This document shows positions 40,301 through 52,830 of a DNA stretch of 64,000 nucleotides, piece by piece. How positions within the stretch are numbered: the first letter of the stretch is position 1; each line of letters begins with the position of its first letter. The notes under the pieces were generated by a model. That model made no database searches and was not told the origin of the DNA. It saw only the letters and a list, made by a program, of their open reading frames with translations. Both the position numbers and the translations under genes were made by a program. The DNA comes from Raillietiella orientalis (taxonomy: Eukaryota), in NCBI GenBank assembly GCA_036172245.1, contig JAYWIR010000038.1, positions 1,798,001 to 1,862,000 on the forward strand, in the 5' to 3' direction.

Positions 40301-43300
40301 CCACTGCCTCTGGTATCACTGCTTCCAACAATGTCCACGAGTCTTTCCGGAACAGCGAACGGATGTCTCTCGTGTCTCGCTTTCGTTGTCCACCCATCAA
40401 TTCGTAGTTTCTCTGGTGTTTTTCAAAATCTCCCCTAGGTTTATTTTTCATCTACACTCGTTAAGTGCAAGAGGACCGTGCTTTCCGTTTTCGTTTCGTT
40501 TTGTTTTTGTCTCTTCGCATGCGTCTGTATTTTTTGAACCTTTACAAAAGAAGAATTCGGACCGACTGTTGGTCCTAAGGAGGTCATCCAAAAATGCTCG
40601 TGAAAAACGAAATCCTCGACTGCATTCGGTGAGAATACAGTCACCTGCCTTTTCCTAAAGTTTATGTTTTGCATGTTCGTCTGTCTCGCCTTTCACTTTC
40701 CGTGTTTCTGGCTGAAATTCCATCCTGGTAATCATGGCATTTCGTTCTATAAATCTTTTTTCATGCCCCTTACTCTTTAGCTGCTTTCTCATTTACCGTT
40801 TCAGATTGTGTAATGAGTACCGGAGATGCTTTAGGATTGCCAGGTATCACACAGATCCAAAAAAAAAAAAAAAAATCCTCGAGGATTCCCCGACCTAAGA
40901 AAACGAAGCAGAGGAACTGTGACGACTTCCGACCCTGAGATCCTCATTTCGAATCGGAAGATTCTGTACTCCTTTGGAAGTGTGAAGCGGGGGCGGTGGG
41001 GGGGGGGGCATTTCCGCTTCTCTTTCCTTCTTTTTTTGAGCTGTCCTGCACCTGCTTACCGTACACCGGATCGTCGCAATATCTTCGGATGCGTTCGGTA
41101 CATCCGGCAGCAGCTAAGAAAGCAGATTTTACCTCCTCTGCCTGGAAGCACGAACCGTTAGTTGGTACTGAGATCTGCAAGGCAAGATTCAAGCACTGCA
41201 TGAGTGCAGTATGGCGCAAACACGCGGTTTGCATCTTTTCGATATCTGCTTCCAGCTGATGTATGCCAGCATCCTCTCGGATGCAACGTTCGGGACGAGA
41301 TGCGTGCTCATATCGATAAACCATTACTTGCAGAAACGTAAAACCGCACAGGGCGGTCCTCAAGAGCTACATTGTGGAATCGTCCAGAGGAGTGTACCAA
41401 AAGTGGTTTTGAAACCAAGTGGCGTTCCGAGGCACAGCCAACGGATTCCGAAATCTTGATCAACGTAGTTAATGACTCCACGTTGTGTGATGTTCGCATG
41501 ATTTGTCAGGAAAATGAATTAAGTGCTTCGAAGGCAAGGGACATAAATCACTCGGACGCTTTTTGAGTTCTGGTCGGTCCGCAGAAGACGTTTGGCGCCT
41601 TGTTCCCACAACCACACGTTTTTTATTTTTTTTTTTTCTTGTTCTTTCAAATGAGCTACTGCTCTCGGAAAGTTCCTTCTCTCCCCCCTGTGACCCCCCT
41701 CCCTTCCCCCCTCTCTTCGAGTTCCTGCGACAAATGTATGAGAAATTTACGGGCAGAAATTTTCGGAAGCGTTCTCCATCGGAAGTTCGTCGTTCGAGCG
41801 TGAAATCCATCTCTGCTGTTCCTGCCGAAGCAGCTAGGATTCGCACCTCGGCACTCTCAACGAGAAATCAGGACCTCTTGCATCTTTGTTCACCTGCTCA
41901 GTCTCTGGCGATCTTCATGGCCATTTTTCCAAATCTCGTTTCCCGGTGAATGCGTCGACCTCTTTCTGCGTTGCTAAGAGTCGGTATTTATTCGACTTTC
42001 GCACCAGGGAAAGCTGGAGGCCGTCACTGCGCGAAGATTCATATGATGCAGCATCCTTGAGATCACAAAGGCCACGCCTGCCAGTTCCGCAACTCGGTGC
42101 AGAGGAAGTTCGCCTCTGAAATTCCATTTCCCCGTGAATACTCCCGCAGGTGGAGAGAAACGTTCGCGAGATGAATCGGTTTTTGAAAGAGGCCTAAAAG
42201 GCGTGGAAACAAAAGTACAGAAGAGCGTGGTGCAAGATCGAGAATAAGAAGAGGAAGCCAAGGTGCACGGCAGCGCTTGACGGCAACACAGATTCGGAAC
42301 TCTTTTGATGTCTTTGCCAGACCCTGAAATAGATCCTGGTTGTCACTCAGGCTGCATGTACTTTCTGCCACTAACGGCAGCCTGCGCTGTCGCTCAAGAG
42401 CAACCCTTCCTTATGGCAGAATCCGTCGCCTCGCAGATGCCTCTTCAGGGGGAAATGATCGTTCGCGTCGAGAGGAGTCGAGCGTGCCCTGTGGAACTGC
42501 AGACGATGATGATGTCTCCGAAAGAACTAAGATGCATCTGGCGAAATGATGAAGCAGCGAGCGTATGTGTTATTTGTGAGCGCCACAAACCAAAGCGCTC
42601 AGCGTCCAGCTTTTATGGAAAGGAGCAGAAGGGTGTGTGGAGGATTGTGCTCTTGTCTACCACATAACTAAATCTCATCGTGGTTGTTTCACACGACTGT
42701 CCTAAACCATTCCAAAATTCCAGAGGATCACTTGAAAACTCCACTCACTTCATTCCTTCCCCATAAATTTCACACGATGTGAACATTTCCATGCATTCTT
42801 TCCGGAGCTTGCCTTTCTTTTCGGGATTAATCTTCCTAATTACCACCTCGGGGTCATTGGTTCTCGCCTTAGTTTGCGCTGGCGGGCTTCGATATCTCCT
42901 GTGATAATTACTTGGCAGCGCATGCTTCTAGAACTAGGATTGGCTTCTTTAGCAGCTGAAGACACGCGAATGCATCCTTTACTTTCGCAACTCCTGATAA
43001 AGCTACTCTCCTTCCTGAGACATCAGTTGCTGTGTGTGTTTTCGTTTTATTGTTTCATTTTCCGAAAAATTTGGCGAATGTCTTTTGCCAGCTGCGTAGC
43101 AAGTACACCATTTGCGTCAGCAGCTCACGATAGAACGCCTGGTTCCGATGTTTCCAATGTCTTCGATGTCCGCTTCTGTATAGCAGACCCGTGCGAGAAA
43201 GGAGGCTGGAATCAAAGCACCTTCTTATCGGAAACATGTTTTGGACATTCCTGCGTCCGTAGATGCGATTTGGATTTTCATTTGACGGATGCATTCAGCA

Positions 43301-46300
43301 AACGGAGGGGGGAAGGGAAGGAGGGAGGAAAGCGAACCTCTAAAGGCGAATAGCGCGCGCAGCTGCTGGAATTCTTCCGCTGCCTGTTCGCAAGGGTTTG
43401 CTGGTCCTCTCCCACAATCCCACGGAGTTCTCCGCAAGCTTCCCGTTTCGCCTCGACGAACACGCGTCGACGGACTGAACACGCGTGCAGCGTGGGCCAT
43501 TCCACCTACTGGACTTTCCTATCCGTCCACACGTGACATCAGCACATTTCCGGTGATCGTGGCACCTTTCTGAGGATAGCTGGTCGAGCTGCAGCGCGAG
43601 TTCATTTCCAGGGGGGAACCTCTGGAAAGATGCAGAACCTAGCAGCGAGAGCAGGGCCGGCTGCGGCAAGATCTTGGAAGTCTCAGTGTGGTGGCGAGAC
43701 GTATATAAAACACGGGCCCGACATTCGAGTGGATGAGCAAATAATTTCAAGTCAACGGTCAGCGATTGCTTAACAAATGCTTCCAACAGCGCGGGCATGG
43801 TTATTTTATGGATGTGCCAGTGAACGGGATAACTGACTCGTAACTGACCTCTTATTTGGCTAGATTGATTGGTAATTCCGTTGAACAGTAATGTGTATGG
43901 GCCTTAAATGATTGATCATGATGTCGAGGGAACATTCACTGCAACCTTAGAAAACACGCCCCCCTAAAAGTGAAGGCAATTCGTTGCTTTTGTAACTATT
44001 TTATGTGACAGCCATAAAGTGCTTGTACAATCCCAGAATGCAAGAATTTGGGGAAAAATTTTGGTAATTGGAAAATGCTGTTTCGCTTTATCATGGCTGT
44101 TCATCAATGTGCAACACGTGACGCAGTCGCAAGATCTAAACTCTGTTTTCCTCTTCGATTTATCTCATTGTAGTGATGGCTATCCCAAAAAAATCACTGA
44201 GGACACAAAGCAAGCATAAACATCCCGAGAAGAAGAGAAAGGAAGCAGCGCCTTGCAAAAAAGGTTTTCAACAGCCATTTCGTTAAAATGAAAATTTGAT
44301 AATGGCGTTTCAGATGTGGAATATTTGCAAACGTTGGTTTACCTTTCCGCAAATTCTGAGTGCAATCTTTCCTTAGCACACTTTCAATTTTCAAAGTTTT
44401 CCATGCCTACTGGAATGTTCTGGAAAAGCTGACCATGATCTCACTATAGAGCAAATAAGCGTATGAGTTTTAGAACCCCGTTGACGTCTTCATTTTGGAT
44501 CGCTGTTTTCTGTTTCCGTTTTTCGTCACGTTATTTGGTTTTCAAAAGCCTCTAGTCCTTAAGAACTGCAAGCAGGTTTTCCTTTTCGAATATTTGTTTC
44601 GAATTGTTCTTTGTAGCTTCTCTTGTTTGATAAGTAGAGGAATCTATCAACCTGGATTTACTCTAGTATTGTAGTCCGGAAAAACAGAGCTACATAACAG
44701 GCAACAGCGTTGGCAAGACTGGATAATGCGAAACATATATTTGCGTGAGAAAGCTTTGTTCTTCAAAAGTGGTTACATCGCGGATCATTTTTTGTAATGA
44801 TCCGTTTTTGACTGGAAAAAATACTGCATTTATTTTTATTTTTTTTAAAAAAAAGATGTTCTTGTTTTTTATACAATTTACCATACATTACCTTTGAGAT
44901 TTTTGTCAGTAATCTTTTCTTGAAATAGGTAACCATGATTTAAAGCTTTTCGATTTCCTTAATGAAATTCGTTAGCGGCTTTCATAACCTTATTAAAAAT
45001 GAAGAGGAAGACAAAGATAGCAATTAATTTTAATGTTCATTAAAAACACCATGATTGTAAAAAGTTACCACCAGAGATATCAAGAATTCGTGCAACCTCT
45101 CGTGCTAAGAACAGGAAACTCATTTTCACACAAGAGAAAATGAGAAACAAACCCCCCAAAAAAAATCTGGGTTCTTCTCTTAAATCTTAGTTCTCATAAC
45201 TTTCATTACCTGATTGATTTTTTTCATGTTCCGTCTAAGAACACAAGAAAATTCATTTTCTCTTCTCATTAATCAAAAAGTCATCTAAAAACATGCCACG
45301 TCTGTCATCAGAAAAGTTCTTTAGAGCCAACGATATTTCCTCAAAAGCACCAATAAATTTGCACACTAGCACTGTTAATGTTAAGAAAAAAAAAAAAAGA
45401 CTTCATTTATGATAAATCACTTGTAGGAAAAAAAAATGAAAAATAAATGAGGATGAGTGTTTGAAATGACCGTTTATAAACAAATGTTTTTGTTTCAAAT
45501 GTTGTTTGACCCAATAGACGAAAAAAGCATTCAAGAAGATATTCGAAATTCACGAACATTTTACAATTGACTCTAAGGAGAATGCCACACGGTGAAAATC
45601 CAAGCAATTTTTCTGTACCATTATAAAAACAAAATCAGCAATACCAACAAGATTAAGGTATGAGACAGGAAAGGGAGAAGAATACAACTTTCTTTTGGTT
45701 GATATGTTTCTTAACATCCGAGTTAAAAGGCTCTCCACGATTGCAATGCATTGTGTTTGCACAGTTCTTGAAGCAAATTTGGAATCAGCAGGATAATTCC
45801 ATAAACTACTGTCACTGCTGATTGCACAGCTTGCCCTCTACGATTCCGTTCACGACTGCAAGGACTCCGTCTCAGCTGCTGCAACAAATGGATGCGACAT
45901 TACCGAAGCACTCGTCACCGAGCAACATCGGGTCTTTGGATCGTAACTCAGCGTGGGGATGGACTGATGCAGATTGAAAAGGAAAAAAAAAAAAAAAGAG
46001 AAGTTTTTATCACATCTGACTTCATTTGCATCACAGAAACAGAGAATTCGTATGCGCCTCTTCCGTTCTTGCAGCAGAAAAGTGTTGCAACAGCACCACG
46101 AAAAAACAAAGCTTTCGAAGGTTTAGGGAAAAGGCACATCTAAATGTGGGCTTCGAAAACTGGAACAAGATCTTCGGGAAGGCAACAAAAAATTAATCCA
46201 GAAGAAAAACTAGGCATCTGTTTCCTCCTGCAAATTATTATTGTCCATTATACTCTTCGTGTTCGTATTCCTTAAATGCTGATGCGGAACTACACAGTTC

Positions 46301-47956
46301 AATGAACTTTTTAGTTGGTAATCAAAAGGACTCAAAGTATCTCTTTTAGACTTTAGACATAGATGGATTCTTTGGAAGTTCAGAAATCCTACTTCGCTTT
46401 CAGAATTGGCAGGTTGGGGAAAAGTTAAGGGTTAATAAGATAAATTGCAACGAAGTGTGTGTGTTTTTAACAACTTCATGTGGGACATTATCCGGCAACA
46501 TGTGATAAGGGAAGGATAACAAAATAACGGAGAATCCTCCTACATTTATTACAAAAATAAGAGTAAAAACACAATCCATGTTTGTCGATTAGTCTGAGCG
46601 CATATCGTAGCATAGGTATACACTTGAGTGCTTTTGGTGTATAGCTGCACCTATATAATTGCAGGCAGGCATGCATGTGTACAAATAGACATGCACCTCC
46701 TTTTGTTTTTTTATACACATTAAACTAAATGATTTCCACACAAAGTCTGCATGATCTTTCTGCAGTAAACGTTGTTGAGAAAATTTGGAGTTGGCCAGGC
46801 TTATAGAAGACCACATGAAAGGAAGAAGAAAAAAAAAAAAACACTACTTTTTTTCAAAATTGATTCACTCTTTATCTAGTCACTGACTTCTTTTCTGTAA
46901 TCACAACCGCATCAGTGTAGAGCAGTCAGCTGCAAAGTTCTGTCTTTTTATTGACGACCTGACCACTGTCATTCTCTTACAAGAGTGAGGTGCCCAGGCT
47001 GCTTGCCTACGCTCTTGACATAAAAGCATCCTCTGCTTGCTAATGTGGTACCTCAGGTGGCTAATACTGTATTTTGGTCCAAATAAATCCAAATCATGGT
47101 TTCTCTTGTACTTCAGACCTAATGAGTACTTTGTGGATACATACACATTTGAAAGTGCTGTCCCGTAGCTTTAGGTGTAGACTTTGCCTTTTGGATACCT
47201 TTTTGCTGAAATCATGAGGGAATCCATGCAATTCCGTATGATGCTTTATATACGCAAACAAGAAAAGCAGGAAAGACTGGCAGCTGAGGGCTGCAATAAC
47301 GATTGTACGGGACCTTTTGATCGGATTCATGAATGCCGACATCTTTTAACTGATTGCCGCATAGAGTTTCCCCAGCATGTCACCCCGCAATGTTTCTCTT
47401 CTAGGAGAAAGTGAAAGAAAAAAGTTCCAAATTTAGTTGTATGTACATTTGAGGGGATGATTACACTTCTCCGGAACTGTAATGCCAGAATACTGTGTCA
47501 TGCTTTCTTCAGTAGCCAGAATGACCTATTTTTTTTTGTGCATTAAAGGATTTTTTCTTCGTTCTTAAACATTTAAGGGGTATTGAGGAGCAGCTCAAGT
47601 TTATTTGTGATCCAATGCAAAATAATTTATGAGACCGCCCTACCTGTAAATTCCCTTGAAACCACCCTCCGGTTCGCCATTTTAGGGATTCGTAAATTTT
47701 TTAATTCTGTACCAACTACTGGTGTTCTACCCACTTTTCTTCTTTTTTCTTTTTGTTACAAGGTTTTATATTGATCAGATCCTCCTTCGTATCATCGTAA
47801 CAATTTTTCTCTAAAGGCAGTTACTGTAATAAACAGCATCATGTTTAACACACAAAGCCTTATTCTTAAAATGCGAGCAGTATTCTGGTAAAGACTAAGA
47901 TTCGATTCCCCTAAGATTCGAAATGCCCTTTTCATTCATCCTGCACCAGGGCACAC

Positions 47957-47962
47957 TTTATT
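47957..47962 (-). terminator. AATAAA polyadenylation signal overlapping the SCFD2 TAA stop
   Basis: Minus strand reads cgcTAATAAAgtg. Confidence 0.45.
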
Positions 47963-49925
47963 AGCGACTTCTGCAACTACTTAACAAGTTGGTAAATTCC
48001 TTGGGCAGCAACCACCTAAGAAGATCATGAGGGCGCAAAAGTCGTGTACTGCCCAAGATGATATCGTGTTGCTTGCTCATCCGCCGTATCTCTTGGATTT
48101 CAGAAACCGTTATGCCTCCAATTACGTACACCAAAATAACGGGGCAGTCATCAGGTCTAGGTCTTCTCCCTTTAACCAGTGAACTACTATTTGGTTAGCA
48201 GCATGACAAAGATAAGACGAACAAACCTGATCCGATTTCTAAGGCTTGGAAATTCTTCATGGCAACATAAATCAATTAATTCGGGTCGTTTTGGATCAAA
48301 AATGTCCTTGAACAAGCAGTGAAGGAGGCTTTGATATGACCGAGACTTTGTACTATCGATTAACACTCTGTCAATCAATAATTAGCGAAACAAGTTTTTC
48401 AGGTAACATACCGATACTGGCGAAGAGTTTGATGTAAAGAACAGCTCTGTCGCAATCTCGTAACACTGTCTAAAAGCAGTTCTTGACTTTCTAAAATTAA
48501 GACTCGGTTAACAACCATAGACCAATATACTCTCTACCTGCACTTGATAATGGAAGCATTTCTTCAATCTGATTCAACAAATTCTGTTCAACAAATGAAG
48601 GCATTTGTTTCCTGCCAGAAACTTCTAGGGCATAGGCATGAAGCAACAGTAATAGAAGGCTATCAAGGCCTAAATGGTGAATCTCATCCTGGTATGGGCG
48701 AATCTCTCCCTGCAAGAGTGCCCTTTCCATGTGCATTAATTTAGACCAACGGGATGAAACTGTTGCTTTCTGACTATGTTGTACTGCTAAAGCTGCTTGA
48801 ACTAACCCAAAATTTTTCCTAACAGATGTTCTGTCCAGCTTTCTCACAGCAACCTCAAGAGTTTCACAGTCACTTAAATCAGGTTGCAAATCTATCAATT
48901 TCCTTAACAGTTCATCCACAGTTGGTTTTGGAGATCCCATTATGAGGGAATTTATTAGCTCACAACGGGCAAGGCAACCTCGAGGGTACTGTGGGTGTCC
49001 TATGGGTAGGAGAGACAGCTTAAGTGGGGACAGATCCACATGAACATCCACAGTATGTCCCAAAAGAGGTGGCAGAGTGGCCAGTACTGGGTCCAATAAA
49101 TTATTCCATGAATGACCAGAAGGACCAATGAGATCTAATGTCCGATCCAAAAGGATGAGAGAAAGGCGTCCTTGAGCACGTTTTCTTCTTTTAACTGCAG
49201 AAGGCAAAGCTGCTAGAGCACATGCAACTTGGTTGCTCATTGGTCCAATGCTAAACAAGAGCTCTTGAGTATCTAACTGGTGCAGTAAAGCATTCAAGAG
49301 GCATGCTGTCTCTTCGATCCCTTCTTTTTCCAGCTGATAGAAACTGATCATTATGAATTCCATAAGTTCATACACACCAGTGGGGTGGTAAAAAATTCAT
49401 CTAGACTAGGAGTTACAAATAAGAATGGAGTGAGGCACACTAAACTCAAAGGGAAGTGCAATATCTTCACAATGCATCCCTACAGATTACAGTATTTCCA
49501 TGACTGTCATAATAGCTACTTACTTGGTTGCCTGTCCATTGCAGAAGGTCATCTACTACATTTTCCAATTGTACTCTATGATCATCAGCTGTAACAACAG
49601 TAAGTTTTTTCAGTAGAAGAGATCCCTGGATCAACTTCTGAATAGTGCCAATTAGTTGTTCCTTCAAAGGTTTGCAACTCAGTATGACAAGAGCAGTGCA
49701 TCCAACACAGGGAATCTAAACAACATAATATAGTGAACAAAGACAAAATACCTCCAAAGCAGATAGTTTATAGACTGCAATGGCTTTTGCCTGTAACAGG
49801 CCTTCCAGTCCACATGTCCAATGGAGTCCCTCTATGGTGGGTTCATCTATATACACCGTTGCACCCTGACAATGTTCGAGCACTTTCCCCCATAGCTGAC
49901 GCCCCACTGAAGTCATGCTGATCAT
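47961..49925 (-). CDS. SCFD2: Sec1 family domain-containing protein 2, 7 exons: 49925-49752, 49715-49524, 49479-49378, 49333-48538, 48490-48412, 48367-48227, 48186-47961 (569 aa)
   Basis: N-terminal WGKVLEHCQGATVYID...EGLHWTCG, ALVILSC, LLQWTGN, SLILLDRTLDL, and C-terminal RPRPDDCPVILVYVIGGITVSEI...GSTRLLRP match SCFD2 as remembered. Six GT-AG introns give a continuous frame. Confidence 0.92.
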
Positions 49926-50704
49926 GGTGCCAGTGATAAATTACGACTGGCTAGTATTTGATTTCCTTTCTTCAGTGAAACTAGTATATTGTTGCTCTGG
50001 CACAGAGTTAATTGATAGTCAAAACTGTTTGGCCACTCAGTTCCAAGATGATGCCAAGCACCTGTCTCCTGTTCATCTTGATCAGTGAGTTGCTGGCACA
50101 CTACAAACACTGTAACATTAAAGTTCTGAGCACAGTAACGCAGTTGCTGACTCAACAATGAGAAGAAATTATCTGAGCTAATACGGGTCTTGACTTCCCA
50201 AAAGATACTTGTCACACTGTCAATAGCTATCACACCAATATCAGGATCAGCATGCAGAAACTGCTCTAACTGGTCCACAACAGTTTCTAATGTGTTGCCA
50301 TCATAGCAATAGATAATCTGAAATCTGCTTAAAGCTTGTGCAACAGCTGCATCCAGTACGTTAGCAGAAAACTGTGCTTTCTGCTTTAGTTGATACTCTA
50401 CGAGATTGTGTAATCTGCAGATATCAAAGTGCTTGTCACAGTCCAAAAAAAGAGCTTTGGTATTGAGTCCTCCAATATGAATACCTTCATAATGATCAGG
50501 AAGAATAAACTGGGCTAGGAACTGAGTCAAGAGAATAGTTTTTCCTGAGCCAGATTCACCAACAATTGCAAAAAGAGAATCAGTACGAATGCTTTCTGAA
50601 AAAAGTACCCCATCAAGTTGCATCATTGCAGATCTCTGTTTCAGCCTAGCTAAAAGATGCAGACCACTTTCTGTAATGATACTACCTGATTCGTCATTCT
50701 TCAT
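49922..50704 (-). CDS. XRCC2: RAD51 paralog XRCC2, intronless CDS (260 aa)
   Basis: N-terminal ESGLHLLARL (XRCC2 ESGxxLLARL), Walker A GESGSGKT, ILP..GG....LFLDCDKHFD, Walker B VIAIDS, C-terminal HLGTEW. The ATG at 50704 is preferred over the ORF-track start at 50779. Confidence 0.92.
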   Translation of the reverse strand: MKNDESGSIITESGLHLLARLKQRSAMMQLDGVLFSESIRTDSLFAIVGESGSGKTILLTQFLAQFILPDHYEGIHIGGLNTKALFLDCDKHFDICRLHNLVEYQLKQKAQFSANVLDAAVAQALSRFQIIYCYDGNTLETVVDQLEQFLHADPDIGVIAIDSVTSIFWEVKTRISSDNFFSLLSQQLRYCAQNFNVTVFVVCQQLTDQDEQETGAWHHLGTEWPNSFDYQLTLCQSNNILVSLKKGNQILASRNLSLAP

Positions 50705-50722
50705 CTTCTTTGGGGCTACGTA

Positions 50723-50765
50723 CTTGGAAAACAAATATATATACAAAACTTCAAAATACATGTAC
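50723..50765 (-). other. Candidate 43-nt intron in the XRCC2 5' UTR
   Basis: gtacatg...tttgttttccaag; same size class as the SCFD2 introns and ends 18 nt before the ATG. Confidence 0.45.
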
Positions 50766-51647
50766 CAAAGCAAATACAATAATAAATTCGGTCCTTAGAA
50801 ATATTTCACATCATTGCCACACAACATTCATTGGGATATAAGAATTCTGGAACCTAAATATTACAAGCATACTGCTCGCACAAGTGACGATCAAAATGAA
50901 ACCCTAATCTTGATTTATGTATATAATGCTTGTGCAAAACATATTTATATGTACAAATACAGACAAGTGTATGTATTTTCTGTCACTATTCAAAGGGCCG
51001 CATTGGAATCATTCCGTACAGACAGTGAGGTGTTGCATAGTCCTCAGAAAGTGCGAAGTATAACATGACCTATTTGTCCCTCAATATGTGTTACCAAAAT
51101 TCAATGCCTGAAATTCAGAGATGAGAAATGTATTGAAAAAAACGTGATAGGAAACATGAATCTAAGTATAGACTATATATTTTTAAATAGTTGCATAAAT
51201 TTTCACGAATAGTTGTTACCTGGAAATTGCTTTATGTGCTCTGGTACTATGGTCAAAATGTCTTGCCACTCTCACTTACCTGGAAATGTGAATTGTTCAA
51301 ACATGCTTGATGAAGATGGATGAATATTTTTTTCTTTACGAAAACGGATATGATAATAATTTTATCCCTACTCTAAACATGCATGTATGAAGAGTCTGCA
51401 GTTAAAACCCAAAGCATTAGCAACAGAAATCAAAACTCTTTGAAAAAATTTTATCATATGATGGGCATCTCTTCCGAGACGACTTGCTAAAGCGCCATGG
51501 ATGCAAGAACGGAGAGAAAAAAAACAATGATAAAAATGAGAAACGGTTTGAAATAATGGAAAGTATGAGCATTCAAAATTTTTCAAATCACAACTTAAGG
51601 CTGCATACCGGATCATTTCGATGAGTACGGATCGGTAAGATCGTTGA

Positions 51648-52830
51648 TCACCCGGATATGCCGGGGCATTTATTATTCTAATTTACAATAAAATTAGATA
51701 ATAAAGTCTTTTAACAGTTTTTTGTCGGGGAACACTTGGTTCTCCCACGCTGGAGGACTTGTCGGGAGCCGGTGCTGAGACCGGCGAGGTCCTCTCCCGA
51801 GGCTCAGGGGATGGGGAAACTGAAACAAATTGAAACAAAAAAAAAAAATAACGTCAAGGTTAACCGTTATATGGGGAAGTGGAGGGCAGGGAACAGATCA
51901 CTGGGTGCCTGGGCAGGTCCTCTGCATCCTATTGAAGATGCAGACAAGTTCTGCTTTTATCATGAGAGTCAGATGCCACCTTGTCGCCGTCTCCGTGGAG
52001 ATCGTCGTCCAGTGGATGGCGTCCCTGCATCTTGGGCCTCTTCTTCTTGCGTGCCACCTTTGCACGATGCCGCGCACGCAGCAGAGGACTGCTAGAGACG
52101 CAGAGGGGCGCAGGCCGTCACGCAGAAAGAGGCGTCGGTATATATCCTTAGGGTCGCCTACTGGAAGATGGAGGACTGGGGCAAGTCGACTCCAAAGTCC
52201 GACCAGGGCGACGCACTCGAAAGTAAGATGCGGGAAGGTTTACCTTTCACCGCACTCGACGCAGCGGGCATACACGTCCCCTAGTGTCCAGTGTGACATG
52301 CGTGCTCTGCTTAGCAGTCCCCAATGCAGAAAGAGCAACGCCGTCTCCTGCCACTTCAACGGGAGGGTGCCGCTATCCCAACACGCTGGGGGCCACTTCA
52401 CCTCTTCCGGAGGTATTGCGAGCAGCTCTCCCCAGCGCGCAAGTCCTCGAGGCGGGACGCTCGGGGTGGCAGCGTCCGCTAGCTCCCGAGTCGTCCACGC
52501 CTTTAATGGTTTCCTCCTGCCTCGGATGAGGCAGGACACTTCCCACGATGCTTCCTCGTTGCTGCTCCTAATGGAGGACAGAACGGGGGCAAGGGGGGTG
52601 AAAGAAGCCCACAGAAACTTCCGCGGCTTGTTGATGATCTCCTGCAGGGGCTGTCGAGCGTTGGGTCCTCGACGGAGGCAGTTGTACTCCGCCTCGCTCG
52701 TGCCGTTGATCTTGGCCCACGCGGAAACTGACTCCTGAAGCCAGGCAGTGCAGTTCGCAGGGAGGCAGGAGATCCAGGTGTTTTCCCTTATCAGAGCGAC
52801 CATCTGGCGCAGATGAAAGTCACAGTTGTT
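51648..52830 (-). mobile_element. 5'-truncated L1/Tx1-like LINE insertion upstream of XRCC2
   Basis: WISCLPANCTAWLQESVSAWAKINGTSEAEYNC...LPLKWQETALLFLHWGLL...CVECGE is near-identical in places to 27970-28450. GC-rich island in AT-rich DNA with a complete 3' tail and hairpin. Confidence 0.9.

Noticed and set aside
50705..50779. N-terminal extension of XRCC2 in the ORF track (MYLLWYMYF...)
   Set aside because: Non-ATG start, no homology, and it spans a likely 43-nt 5' UTR intron.
50695..51304. Possible spliced uORF MFEQFTFPEHIKQFPVRSPKEDEE* overlapping the XRCC2 ATG
   Set aside because: Needs an unproven splice path (51279>51241, 51219>50723); the nearer donor at 50765 removes it.
51648..51674. 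Helitron 3' end (subterminal hairpin)
   Set aside because: The hairpin follows LINE ORF2 and an AATAAA-like motif in every copy, with no consistent CTRR terminus and no Rep/helicase.
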